Origin: Antechinus flavipes
Lineage: Eukaryota
Direction: 5' to 3'
DNA: 64,000 bases
Assembly: GCF_016432865.1 (NCBI RefSeq)
Contig: NC_067401.1
Coordinates: forward strand, 41,230,001 to 41,294,000
Position numbers and translations under genes: made by a program. The notes under the pieces were generated by a model. The model was not told where the DNA came from and made no database searches. It was given only the letters and a program-made list of their open reading frames with translations. The first letter of the stretch is position 1, and every line of letters starts with the position of its first letter. Positions 26,101 through 38,240 of the stretch are shown piece after piece.

Positions 26101-29100
26101 AATGAGTGAGCCCACCCCCCTTCTTCTTGCCCTCACCCTCCACCTCTCCTCTCTAGATGTCCGATTCAGCGCCTCCCTGGACGAGTGGACAGCCGGGGCT
26201 CGGGCGGCATTTGATGGCTTTGGCCAGAGGCTGCCTGCGCGGCGGCTAAGGGTCAGCGTGGGGAACACCACCTGTCAGCAGCTGCATTTCCACGTGCTGG
26301 TGAGGAAGGGGCTTGGCGGTGGCAGGCAGCCGGGGGAAGTGTCAGACCCTGAGACCAGGTGTCAGAGGGCCAGTGGGGAGGATGAGGTTGGAGTCTGAAA
26401 GGAGTCAGGCCTCTGGGACCCTTGATCCATTTGGTCTTCCTCCCCTCAGGATGCATCCGACTACCTCCGGCCGCTGGCCCTGGTGGTGACCTTTGAGCTG
26501 GATAACGCCACAAAGCCAAGGCCGGTGCTCGATGAGGACTCGCCCACTTCCCTTCGAAAGCTGGTTAGTGACCCCCCCCCCCCCCCGGCTCCTGACACTC
26601 TGTTCCAGCCTTGTGTTACGCCCCCCGCACCCCACTGTCATCCATCTCCTCGCAGGGCAGGAGAGAGAGGGGGGAGATGGGAGTGGTCAGAGTGGGACAA
26701 GGTGTCCAGTCCTTCCCAGTCATCCCCACTGCCCTCCACGTACTTCTTGCCTCCCTGCTCCTGACTTCTCCTGCCTTCTGGGCCATTTATATTCCCCTAA
26801 ACTTCTTTACACCTTGTTCCCTGTTTCTAGATACCTTTTTCAAAGGACTGTGGGCCTGATAATGAATGCCATACCGACCTGGTACTCCAGGTAGACATGG
26901 ACATCCGGGGTTCCAGGTGTGAGAAGCAAACTGGGACCAGATGGAAGGGAAGTGGATGGACAGAATGGGGAGAGGGGAAGGGGGCAAAGAGAGGCGTGTC
27001 AGTCAATCAACAAGCATGTCATTAGCATAATTGCTGACATTGATTCGTCACTTTAAGATTTCCCGTGTTCTTTAAATATGTAAATATTTACACATGTGAA
27101 ATTTTATCCTCCATAATATCTGAGAAGATGGTGCTTTTATTATCTCCCTTTTACAGGTGAGGAAACTGAGGCTAGGCAAAGTAAAGGGGCTTGCTCAAGG
27201 TCACACAGCCTTCAGGTGCTTGAAGACGGACTTGGGATGGAGGGCTTCCTGCACCAGGTCCAGCACCTCCTATGCACCAGGCGCTGGGCTAAGATCTGGA
27301 GAGTCAAAGACAAAAGTAGAACCGTCCTTGCTCTTCCCAAGGATGCAATAGTTCTAGATAATGGCTACATTCAAAATCAGGAGCCTAGTCTAGAGATGAC
27401 AAGTAGCAAATTGGTACATAATCTGTCCAAGCCTTTGATGTTCCTTTGGGCCTCGGTTTCCTTATCTGTAAAGTGAGATTCTAGTAGGGCTTCTGGGGCC
27501 CCTGGAGCTCCCCTGTCGGCAACTCCTGGTTTCCCATCTCTGTCTTCAGGAAAAAGCCGTTTGTGGTTCGAGGGGGGCGGCAGAAGGTGCTGGCGTCCGC
27601 TACTCTGGAGAACAGAAAGGAGAACGCCTACAATACTAACCTGAGCCTCAGCTTCTCCAGGAGCCTCCACCTGGCCAGCTTCACGCCTCAGGTGCTCGGG
27701 CTCGGGTAGGAGCAGATGGGGGAAGGGGAGAAGGAGGAGAGTTCTAGAAGTTCTGGTTGGCCGGCCTGCTGCCCTTCTGTGGCCCTTGGGTGGAGGGGGG
27801 AATGGAACAAGCAGCCGCTACCTGGTCACTCCCCCTTCCTGGGGATTTACAGGAGTGGGGAGGAAGTGAAAGAGGTGGGGAAGGGGGAGAGTGGTTTGTC
27901 TGGGGCCTCTTCACACCCTGACTCTCTGTCCCCAGAAGGACCCCTCTGTCAAGGTGGAGTGTGCAGCCACTTCCACGCATGGCCAGCTCTGTAGCATAGG
28001 GCACCCTGTTTTCCAGACCGGGGCCAAGGTGAGTCGGAAGGCTGGGAGTGACTTGGGGGAAGGGAGTGGGACGTGCGTTAAAGGACCTACTGTGTGCTGG
28101 GCTCGNNNNNNNNNNNNNNNNNNNNNNNNNNNNNNNNNNNNNNNNNNNNNNNNNNNNNNNNNNNNNNNNNNNNNNNNNNNNNNNNNNNNNNNNNNNNNNN
28201 NNNNNNNNNNNNNNNNNNNNNNNNNNNNNNNNNNNNNNNNNNNNNNNNNNNNNNNNNNNNNNNNNNNNNNNNNNNNNNNNNNNNNNNNNNNNNNNNNNNN
28301 NNNNNNNNNNNNNACCAGGAAGTAGGGACAATTGTTACCTACTTGAGGCAAACAGGGTAAGTGACTTGCCCGGGGTCTCACACACAGAGTGAGGAAGTTT
28401 GAACTCAGGTTTTCCTGCTTCCGGGCCCAGAGCTCTCTTCCTTTGGATAGGACGTTGCTGGGAATGGGGGGCTTGGGGGACACTGGCGTGAGTGTGAGAT
28501 GGGAGAGTCAAGGGAGCTGGTCCTGTAGAAGTTTGGAGTAGATGGGGAATGAAGGGGTTCTGGGAGAAAACATCTAAGACAATTTCTTCATTTGGGACCA
28601 CAGACCCCACTCCCTCTAACAGAGATCCCAGGGACCTGGAACTTGTATGGAAAATAAATTACGTCTCTAATTAACCTCTAGCCTCCTTTGTAATCCTCTG
28701 TACTTTATTTTATGCATTTAAAAAGATGATTGTGAGATAGGGTCCGCAGACCCCTAGTCTCCAGGGACCCTTGTGGCTCTCGGGGAGTCTTTGGCTCACA
28801 CTTCAGATTTGTGCAGAGGTCAGCACTCTGAAAGCTGGTCCTGGCCCTCATGGCCTTTGCCCCCTTTTCCCCCAACCCAGGTGACCTTCGTCTTGGAGTT
28901 TGAATTCAGCTGCTCTTCCCTCCTAAGCCAAGCCCTTGTAAGGCTGGCAGCGACCAGGTAAGCCTCTGGGCCCTCCTTTCTCTGCCTGGCCTGGGGAGTG
29001 GGGGTGGGGGAAAGAGCCCTCACCTCAGGGGGAGGGGGGGATTGGGGGAAGAGCCCTCACTGCAGGGGGAGGGGTTTGATGCTTCTTTAGGAAGAATTCT

Positions 29101-32100
29101 CTCCAGAGGAGTTAGGGATTGTGGCTCTCCCCTTTCCTCTGCAGCAACAGCCTGGAGTCCAACGAGACTTTGCACGACAACGTGGTCCAGGCCTCGGCCT
29201 ACGTCCGCTATGAGCCTGAGCTCCTGGTCTCCAGGTATGGCCCGATGCCCGGCCTGCCCTTTGGTCAGCCCTGACCTTGGGCCCCCAGACCTTCACCGCC
29301 CTCCCTCACCACGGTCCATAGCCCGGCACCTTTGCCTCGGACGCCTGCCGCCCTCTCCTTCCTCTCCCTTTTTGCGCCCCAGGAGAGGCTGCGGCCAGAC
29401 ATGCTGGGGGGGTTGGGGCGGGCTTGGGAGGGAGTTCTCGCGTGAGCCAATGCTTCATGTGCCCCCGGGCCCTCTGTGTGGCTCTTGGATGCCCCCATCT
29501 TTGGGCCCCTGTCCGGCCCTGCCTCCCATGCTCCAGTGTCCCCGGGCTGACCATCTGCTCCCTCTGCTCCCTCTGCTTCCTGGTTTGGCGTCCATGTGGG
29601 TGGCCCTGAAGTGAGTCCACGCTGCATCGATATGAGGTTCACCCCTATGGGGCCCTCCCGGAGGGTCCTGGCCCTGAGTTCAAAACCACTCTCAGGGTGA
29701 GAGCCAGGAGGGGGCTGGGCAAGGGGGTGGACCCGGGGGGGGGGCTGGTGGAGGGGATTCTTCCGGGCTCCTCAGATCCCCCCCCCCCCCCGTGCTGGGG
29801 GGAGAGGGAGCAGCCTCCTTCCCTTGGGCACCCTCACCCCCTCCCCGTTTACTCCATCAGGTACAGAACCTCGGTTGTTATTCCATCAGCGACCTCTTGA
29901 TTTCCGCCTTCTTTCCCGCCGTGGCCTACGGGGGCAGTTACTTCCTGTCCCTGTCCCAGATCATCGCCGACAACGTGAGTGGGAGCTGCCTGCCTCTGGG
30001 CCGCCTCCTTCCTGATGCCTGTGGGACCCTCCCCAGAATGTCTCCATCCGGGCCCCAGACCCCGGGTCCTGCCTGCCCCCATGTGTCGGCCGAAGCTGAC
30101 CCATGAGCTTGGCAGAATAAGGAGAGAATTGTGAAGGACGCGGGCGACCTTAACGCCGGCCCCTTGGATCAGGCCCAGGACTCAGCAGACCCTTTCTAGG
30201 CCGGGGAGGCAGCGTGGGACGGCAGAAAGGACTCTGGCCTTGGAGTTCCTACCCTGCCCGGCCCCTGGGGCTTCCCACTAGCCCCTTCACCTCTAGGGGC
30301 CTCTGTGTCCCCATCTGTAAAATGGGAGCATTGGATTGCAGGACTCTTCGGGTCCTTTATGCTTCTAAATGGATGGTCCCGGGTTTGGGAGGGAAGGAAA
30401 GGGTCCTCTGAGGTCGGCAGTCTGGCCTGAGGGAACCTCTCCTTGTCCGTCCACCTCTTCCAGGCCAGCTGCATGGTGCAGAACCTGACTGAGCCCTCTG
30501 GGGCTCCGGTGCACTCCGAGGACCTGCGGCACGTCAGCCGCCTGGTACGAGCCCCCAGCCCTGGGGAGGGAGACCCAGAAACAGAGATCCTGGCGGGCGC
30601 TGGGGGCCCTGCTGGTGGGCGCTGGGGGCCCTGCTGGTGGGCAGTGGGGCTGGGGGAGGGAGACCCAGAAACAGAGATCCTGGCGGGCACTGGGGGCCCT
30701 GCTGGTGGGCAGTGGGGCTGGGGGAGGGAGACCCAGAAACAGAGAACCTGGGGGGCGCTGGGGGCCCTGCTGGTGGGCGGCTGCTGGTGGGCGCTGGGGG
30801 CCCTGCTGGTGGGCGGTTGCTGGCGGGCGCTGGGGGCCCTGCTGGTGGGCAGTGGGGCTGGGGGAGGGAGACCCAGAAACAGAGGTCCTGGGGGGTGCTG
30901 GGGGCCCTGCTGGTGGGCGGCTGCTGGTGGGCGCTGGAGGCCCTGCTGGTGGGCGGCTGCTGGTGGGCGCTGGGGCTGGGGAAGGGAGAAGGAGGTCCCT
31001 CTTGTCCATGGGGCTGACCCCTTTCTCCCGGCAGAATGGCAGTAACTCCCGCTGCCAAGTGGTGCGGTGCCGCCTTGGCCGCCTGCCCCGGGGGTCCCAG
31101 AGCTCACTGCAGTTCCTGAGGCTCATCCACGATGACTTCTTCCGAAGGGTGAGCCCGCAGCCTTGGGCCGCAGCGGCCGTCCCGGCACTCGCCCCTTTCC
31201 CCAGCAGCCGCTTCCTCCCTCTCACTGAGCACCTGCCGTCCCTCTGACTCACACAAACGGGCCCAGGAGCCGGTGGCCTTCATGCTGACCACTTAAGAGA
31301 AAGCTCTCTCAGGCTTCCTTGGAGCCCCGAGGCCATTGTATTCCACAGCCTTCAGCTCCAACTTTTGTTTCCTTTTTACTTACCCGGGAGTCATTGTCAC
31401 GTTCTTTATTCTGTTTACTTTGCATCAGTGATGGGACTTCTGGGCTACTTAGTATTCTTCACCATCACCTGTTGCATTCCTGTAGCACAACTTGCTGCAT
31501 CACTGGAAAAGTCAGCAGGCTCTACTTTGTTTCCAGTTCTTTGCTACAATAAAAAGCTCCAGCATAAACATGTTGGTGCCTTTGGGACTTTTCTTTTTAT
31601 CGCTGACCTCTAGAGATGGCCACAGCTCTACGCTGCTCTCTAGAATTTCTTGACCAGTTTGTACATTAACAGCTGCCTTTTCACAGCTCTTCCAGCACTG
31701 ACTATTCCCGATCTACGTTTTCTTGTTTGATCCTGGTAACTCTGAGGCAAATGCTAGAGATAGAATTATCCCCATTGCACAGATGAGGAAACTGGAGTTC
31801 AGAGAGTGTTCAAGGTCAGACAGCAAATGTGTAGTGAAAGCTTCAAACTCAAGCCTCTCTTATTTCCAGACCCAACACCCCTTAGGAGGTAATTTAGAAG
31901 ATCGAAAAATAGTATAAGAGAAGGTCTTGTCTTCGAGGGTTTTACAGTATCTAGTGGGGAAGACAAAACTTGGACTGTTCGGTGCTAAACTATGTAGTTC
32001 AGGCTGTGGGGGCCATAAAACTTCATAGAAAAGAGGGATTACTATGAGCTAAGATGGTCATAGAAAGTGGGACTTAAAGGTGGCCTGGACAGCATTGGTC

Positions 32101-32179
32101 GTGATGGTGGGTGGGTGGGGGGTAGAGAAGCAGGGGTGAGAATGGCATCTGTGGGAGAAAGAAAAGGCCTTGTCTGGAA

Positions 32180-32238
<59 letters not shown>

Positions 32239-33643
32239 TTGTTTGGAAATGTATATGTATTTGTATGTATATGTTTGTATGACTTGTTTGGAGTTGTATG
32301 TGTAGAGATGCATTTACCCAAAGTGAGTGATGGAGTAGACGATGGAGTCCTGTGACAACTGGGCTCATACATTTTGACATAGTAACAGCATCCCAGAGGA
32401 AGCCATTGGTCTTGAGCAGGCAAATGAAGGAGATGCTAAAAAGCAGTATTTTAAGAGATTTAGGCCAGCTGCCCCATCCCCCTTCCTCCTTCCCTCCATG
32501 ATGCCATTTCTCTTCTTCCTCCTCTTCTTCATTCTTCCATTGTGGGGCATCCAGGGACCCACCTCTTTTCCTTTTCTTGTCACTCAAGGAGCTTCACACC
32601 TCCCCTGCCCAATTTGCAGGCCGTAGATCCCTCACGCTAATATTTTTCACATCTTTTGTCCCCACAGGCCAAGTTCAAATCTGTGACTGTGGTCAGCACC
32701 TTTAAGCTGGAGGTTGAGGAAGGCAGTGTCCTGCAGCTGATGGAGGCCTCCCAGTGGAGTGAGGTGGGTAAAGGGTCTGTGTGCTCTGAACCCAGTGCAG
32801 CGTGGCTGAGCTTTGTCACTGCAAAGTGTTATCCTGTTGATCCAGTGAGTAAATGAGTCATAGGAATCAAATCTCTGGGGTTCTTCTGCTGGGTGCTTAG
32901 GGATCCCTTTTGGAGAGACTTCTCATCCCTCTGTTGTTGGATCTACCTGGGAGGCTCATGTTAAATATTGAGTGGGTTGGAGGGGAGAATGGGGAAAAGG
33001 GCTGTGGTAGAGAGAATAGGGGAGGGGACTAACTGGAGGATCCAGAAAAGAAAGATGTCTTTTTCCTCCAGAGCCTCCTGGAGGTAATCCAGGCCCGCCA
33101 TGTTCCTGTCTCATTGTGGATCCTGGTTGGCAGCGTCATAGGAGGGCTTTTATTATTGGCTCTCATTGTTTTCTGTCTTTGGAAAGTGAGTACTATTCCA
33201 TGAAACATTGGGGAGGGGGGATTGTTCTTAAGTATGTAGGGGATCTTATGATTACATATTTAGAGTTGCTAGTCCAACTCCCTCACCTTAAGGAGGAAAC
33301 TGAGGCTCCAAAGTAAAGTGACTAGCCAGGCTCACACAGGTGGCAAAACCAGGATTTCAATTCAGGTTCTCCTACTCCAAATTCAGCCTTCTTTCCCCCA
33401 TGCCATGCTGCCTCACTAGGGATCTAAGGCTTAATGGAAAGAGCAAGAGCAGAGGAAAAGGGTAGACTTGTGTATTTTGTACCACTCCCCAAAATGAGAA
33501 AGCAGCCTGTGGTCACTGAGTTGTGGCTAGATGGGGGCTTTGGGGAATATGAGAGCTCCCTCGTCATCTCTCCCATGTAGCTTGGATTCTTTGCCCGAAA
33601 GAAAGCGCCTGAAGAAGATGGAAATGGGAAGGTGGACCAATGA
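14168..33643 (+). CDS. ITGA10: Integrin alpha-10 (collagen-binding, I-domain integrin), 1165 aa
   Basis: 30 exons: 14168-14219, 15621-15732, 16082-16191, 16342-16433, 16633-16747, 17542-17669, 17749-17897, 22557-22707, 22873-23038, 23359-23432, 23651-23795, 24344-24492, 24689-24832, 24934-25134, 25558-25688, 25915-26081, 26157-26299, 26450-26563, 26831-26916, 27550-27691, 27936-28028, 28881-28957, 29145-29234, 29612-29696, 29861-29974, 30464-30544, 31035-31148, 32668-32763, 33072-33185, 33581-33643 (3498 nt, frame intact). Signal peptide then FNLD, FG-GAP repeats, MIDAS DGSNS..T..TDGES, Ca loops [62 protein letters not shown]. Confidence 0.97.
17030..17456 (-). mobile_element. Marsupial L1 3' UTR fragment
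   Basis: T-run start, then text (cataattgatcat, gtacaatgttcctggttctgctt, cttattcagcca) matching the longer copy at 37150-38240. Confidence 0.65.
18871..19258 (-). mobile_element. 5'-truncated young L1 3' end with target-site duplication
   Basis: Poly(T)/AT tail at left; TSD ttgggaagagat (18859-18870) / ttgggaagaaat (19259-19270); reverse complement of the element at 46726-46985. Confidence 0.75.
20672..20836 (+). mobile_element. WSINE1-type marsupial CORE SINE
   Basis: ggggcatctgggtgatacagtggatagagcacc...ggacctgaattcaaat...ctgggcaagtcac...(AAT)n tail; tRNA-derived A/B boxes. Confidence 0.8.
24002..24162 (-). mobile_element. WSINE1-type SINE with perfect 10-bp TSD
   Basis: Reverse complement of the 20672 family; TSD taaaattgaa at 23992-24001 and 24163-24172. 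Confidence 0.85.
28106..28313. other. Assembly gap (208 N) in ITGA10 intron 21
   Basis: Run of N; flanking exons 21 and 22 join in frame, so no exon appears to be missing. Confidence 0.99.
30563..30988. repeat. Composite G-rich minisatellite (VNTR) in ITGA10 intron 26
   Basis: Four copies of ggggagggagacccagaaacagag (core at 30571, 30661, 30729, 30869) interleaved with 22-nt gcgctgggggccctgctggtgg and 14-nt gcggctgctggtgg units. Confidence 0.92.
32182..32237. repeat. (GT)28 microsatellite
   Basis: Perfect dinucleotide run in ITGA10 intron 27. Confidence 0.97.
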
Positions 33644-33899
33644 AGCTGGAAGAAGACCCTGTGAATGCCTCTTCTGCAGGGGGCCCTAGAGACTTAAAGG
33701 GGAGCCAGTGGAACAAAAGGCGCCCACTGGCCCTCTCCTCCAAACTTCAAGTCTGACTTCTGGGTCCTAGGGATACTTCTCTCAAGAAGGGAGGCCAGCC
33801 TCTGCCAAGACGAATTGGTTCCACAGTCCTCCCGCTCAGCCCGTCTTCCCCTGGCAGCCTCTTCTCCACCCTTCCCAGGGCTCAGGTCCCGGGGCCCTC

Positions 33900-34210
33900 N
33901 NNNNNNNNNNNNNNNNNNNNNNNNNNNNNNNNNNNNNNNNNNNNNNNNNNNNNNNNNNNNNNNNNNNNNNNNNNNNNNNNNNNNNNNNNNNNNNNNNNNN
34001 NNNNNNNNNNNNNNNNNNNNNNNNNNNNNNNNNNNNNNNNNNNNNNNNNNNNNNNNNNNNNNNNNNNNNNNNNNNNNNNNNNNNNNNNNNNNNNNNNNNN
34101 NNNNNNNNNNNNNNNNNNNNNNNNNNNNNNNNNNNNNNNNNNNNNNNNNNNNNNNNNNNNNNNNNNNNNNNNNNNNNNNNNNNNNNNNNNNNNNNNNNNN
34201 NNNNNNNNNN
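33900..34210. other. Assembly gap (311 N) in the probable ITGA10 3'UTR
   Basis: Run of N between GC-rich flanks. Confidence 0.99.
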
Positions 34211-35396
34211 TCTTCCTCACCCCCATCTGTTTGGAAACGACCGGGCCTAGCCTCCTCCCAGTCCCCACCCCCTCACCTCCGGGCCTTCCTACCCGACACC
34301 AGCAGAGGAGCTGACGTGGGCTTTGCCCGAGCAAAGTCAACATCTGCCGCTTTCCTGTGGAGCCTGGTGATTCAGAGCCCGGTGGGGAGAGTCAACAGGA
34401 AGAAAGGAGGGAGGGGGGAAGCCACAAGAGACGTTCTGTGCGAGGCCGGGGAACAGAGGAGCCTCAGACAGGCCGCTTGGCACCCCCCTGAAACCCGAGT
34501 CAGCCTGGAGCCGCCGGCCCTCAGGTGCTGCCCCCTGCTTCGCCCACTTCCCCTTTCCCTGGGTAAAGGCACCGTGGTTTGTGGGGGCCAGGAGCCTCCG
34601 TGTGGCCGGATCGGGGATCGCCAGCTCCCGGCCGGCCAGCGTGCAGTGCGAGAGGCAGGGCTCGAGGGTCACATCCCTGCCAGGCCCCTTAGGGGAGCCC
34701 TCTTCCGAGATCCAGGGTGCTGAGAGGCAGCGGCTTTTCGGTGCTGGCAAGCCAGTGCCCCGAGGGCAGGGAGCATCACGGGACTGGACCGAGGGGGGTC
34801 CGCACCCCGGGGAGAAGTAGAAGTGGGTGGAGTGAAGTCACTGGGAAGCAAGCCCTCACTTGCTCTGGGAGTGTTGTTTGTGCAGCAGAGTTTTCTCCCT
34901 GGGAAATGTTTCCAGGGCACCCAGCTATTCTCCCCTTGGTCCCCCGGCCGCACCTCAGAGGGCTCCTCTGTGAGAAATAGTCTGCCAGCCGTTTCCTGAT
35001 CTCCACTAGGGATTCCCAAACTTAGCTTTCATTCCCTGTATTGCCCTCAGATTGTTAGCCAGCCGTCAGGGTGGGATTCCTCCTAATCAGTGAGAATCTG
35101 TTTGCTGTGGAGACCTGTGGAATCAGCTCTTAGTGCAGGCCCCACAGCATTTCAACTCTCCCACCCATTTAGAGATGTAAAGGGAAAAGTAAGATGGTCA
35201 GCAGCTGTAGCGCTTGTCTCCTCGAGGGCTGCTGGATATCTTGAAACATCTTCATCCACCTTCTTGCCCCTCACGGCCACCCCCTTCCTGCTTCCTTTGA
35301 CCAGTAGCACTGCAGAGGACCTTCATCCTGGTCAATGTTTTTGCTTCTCCAACTGACCTGGACCATCTCAGTGTTTAGCATCATTCGAATGAAGCC

Positions 35397-35402
35397 AATA
35401 AA
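35397..35402 (+). terminator. Probable ITGA10 poly(A) signal
   Basis: AATAAA followed by a GT/T-rich element (gttgtgttt...gtttgttctt), ~1.75 kb after the stop. Confidence 0.65.
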
Positions 35403-35560
35403 GTTGTGTTTAAATGAATCCCAGTTCAGTTTGTTCTTGGGAATAGGCTTACTGGAGGGTTGGATCAGTGTAGGGGGTTTTGGGGGTAGAGAAGTTGTGG
35501 AGACTTTGGAACTGAGCGGGGATCCTGAAAGCAGATGAACTCTGGCAGGCAAGGCCTAGA

Positions 35561-35748
35561 CAGGGGTCCTCAAACTATGGCCCGCAGGCCAGATGCGGCA
35601 GCTGAGGACGATTATCCCCCTCCCCCAGGGCTATGAAGTTTATTTAAAGGCCCACAAAACAAAGTTTTTGTTTTTACTATAGTCCGGCCCTCCAACAGTC
35701 TTGAGGGACAGTGAACTGGCCCCTATTTAAAAAGTCTGAGGACCCCTG
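35561..35748 (-). mobile_element. Non-autonomous hAT (OC1/OposCharlie1-like) MITE, 188 bp
   Basis: TIRs caggggtcctcaaact / agtctgaggacccctg (15/16 complementary); 8-bp TSD ggcctaga / tgcctaga; subterminal text ggggccagttcactgtccctc...ggagggccggactatagt recalled from OC1-derived elements. Confidence 0.85.
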
Positions 35749-37149
35749 TGCCTAGAAAATGTATTCATGAAGTAGGACGTTAGCTACTGGGCCACCCTGT
35801 ACCCTCCCAGAGACTGACCCCACCATCCACAGCTCACGTTCCTGCCTTGGAGCCTCAGCCACCACAAGATAGGCTTGTCACTGCCCACTGTTCATTCAAA
35901 CGTACTTCTATGGAGCTTTTCCGCTTATTCCATGGTCACAGCTAATCCGATAAACCAATTTGTGCTAATGACAGACTAGAAGAGATCTCTCCCCCCATCA
36001 CCCCTTCTATTTCTTCCTCTCCCATTTTTATAGCAGCTTTCTGGAGAGAAACCATTACCATTCCTGCCTTATCCAGGGATAGTTTAACTAATTAGCAGCC
36101 ACTTTCTACAACCCATGAACCCAAAGGAAGTGACTCTGAAGACAGACTTTAAGATCAGATAAGAAGGAATTAGAGTTAGGAATTTGTGATTGTGAGGAAT
36201 TGTGACGTTCTCCTTGCCACTTATACCCATTAATACTAGTTCTTCCCTTTGTTGCTAATCAATCAATATTTATTTAGTACATGACATGTCCATGTCACTG
36301 AGCTGGGTGCTGTATAAAAGAGCAAAAGTGAGATCATCCCTGCTTTTATCTGGAGAGCCTTGTTACACATAGGGTGTCCTACAACTCTCCATTAAGCTTG
36401 AACCTATAGTAAGACTTTTGGAACATCCTGTGTGAGCACATATAAAATAAATAGAAGGTAAATGATGGGGAGCAGCTTTGTAAGCTGACCTTAAGAGGTA
36501 GAGATAGGAAAAATATGCATTCCAGGCATGAGGGTACAGCCAGTGCGAAGATAGGGCGATGACAATGGTAGTTACTTTGAAGAAATAGGAAGAAGGCCAA
36601 ACTTGGCTGTAGCAGTGTCTGTGAAAGGAAATTTCCTGGTTTCCTTCTAGTCCAAACTAAAATCCCATCTTCTATGAGAAGCCTTTCCCCAAGCACTCTT
36701 AATTCTAGGACCTTATCTATTAATTTTTGCCCCATTTATCCTCTATTAGCTTGCTTTGTTATATTGTTTGTTGTCTCCTTCACTAGAGTGTAAACTTCCT
36801 GAGGACAGAAGACTGTCTTTTGCCCCTTACTGGATCTGTTCCACTTTGTCAGTGACTTTTCTAAAATGTGATATCCAAAATTGAATACAACATTCTAACC
36901 ATGTCATCTAAAATGAAACTCTCTGACTATATTCTGACCAGAAAAGAATGTAAAAATATTAAATTCTTTGCTCTAGACACTTTATTTTTATTAACTTAGT
37001 AGCCCAGGATCATATTAGCTTTTTGGGGGGTGGGGAGGTGGCGAGAAGTACTATGGCACACTGTTGAGCTACTAAGTTATGGCCTAATGGGAAGTCTATA
37101 TAGGAAATCAACCCCAGATAACTTCTTTAGAATGATGTTCTGAAGACTC

Positions 37150-38240
37150 AAGTGAAAAAATTCTGATGATGGGAAAATTGTTTTTTTCCCCTTGTTTTTA
37201 TTTTTTATGATTACATGTAAAGAAAATTTTAAATACTCATTTTTATAAGATTTTGAGCTTCACAGTTTTCTCTCTACCTTTCCACCTCCCACAACAGTAA
37301 TCCATCTGATATAGATTAGACATGTACAATTATCTTAAAGCTCCACGTTAGTCTAAAAGAAGAATTAGGATAAAAACGATAAAAAAGAAAAATACAACAA
37401 AAAAGTAAAAATAATCTACTTTGATCTGCATTCAGATTCCATAGTTCTTTCTCTGAATGTGAATGGCATTCTCCAACATAAATCTTTTAGAATGAATCTT
37501 GGGATTATTATTTTATAAAATGAGCTAAGTTCATCATAGTTGATCCTCAAATAATGTGGCTGTTACTGTATATAATGTTCTCCTGGTTCTGCTTACTTCA
37601 CTCAGCATCAGTTCATATGAGTCTTTCCAGGTTTTTCTGAAATCTTTCCGCTTTTCATTTCTTAGAGCACAATAATATTCCATTACATTCATATACTACA
37701 ACTTGGCAGCTATTCCCCAAATGATGGATGTGTCCTCAATTTCCAATTCTTAGTCACTACAAAAAAAGCTGCTATAAATATTTTTCTACAAATAGATACC
37801 AACCTCCTTCCCCTTTAATCTCTTTGAGGTACAGACCTACCAGGGGTATTGTTGGGTGAAAGGGTATGGATAGTTTTATAGCCCATTGGATATAATTCCA
37901 CATTGTTCTCTAGAATGGTTGGATCAGTTCACAACTCCACCAACAATGTATTAGCATCCCAGTTTTTCCATATCATCTCTATTTTTTTTCTGCCACATTG
38001 GCCAGCTGATACCATAATGGGTACCTCAGAGTTATTTTAGTTTGCATTTCTCAGATCAATAGAGCTGGAACATTTTTTCATATGATGACAGATGGCTTTA
38101 ATTTCTTCATCTGAAAAGTTTCCTGTTCATATCTTTTGACCATTTGTCAATTGGGGAATGACCTGTATTTTTATAAATTTTGATTCTGTTCTCTACATAT
38201 TTGAGGAATAAGTCCTTTGTCAAAAATACTAGCTGTAAAA
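37150..38240 (-). mobile_element. Marsupial L1 3' fragment
   Basis: Long T-rich L1-like sequence (gttcatcatagttgatc, cactcagcatcagttcat, gctgctataaatatttt, ggatcagttcacaactccaccaacaatg); boundaries approximate. Confidence 0.7.

Noticed and set aside
27744-28483. Long ORFs spanning 28106-28313 (and 33815-34723)
   Set aside because: Artefacts of translating N gaps.
32042-32587. HT/CV dipeptide-repeat ORFs
   Set aside because: Translations of the (GT)28 microsatellite.
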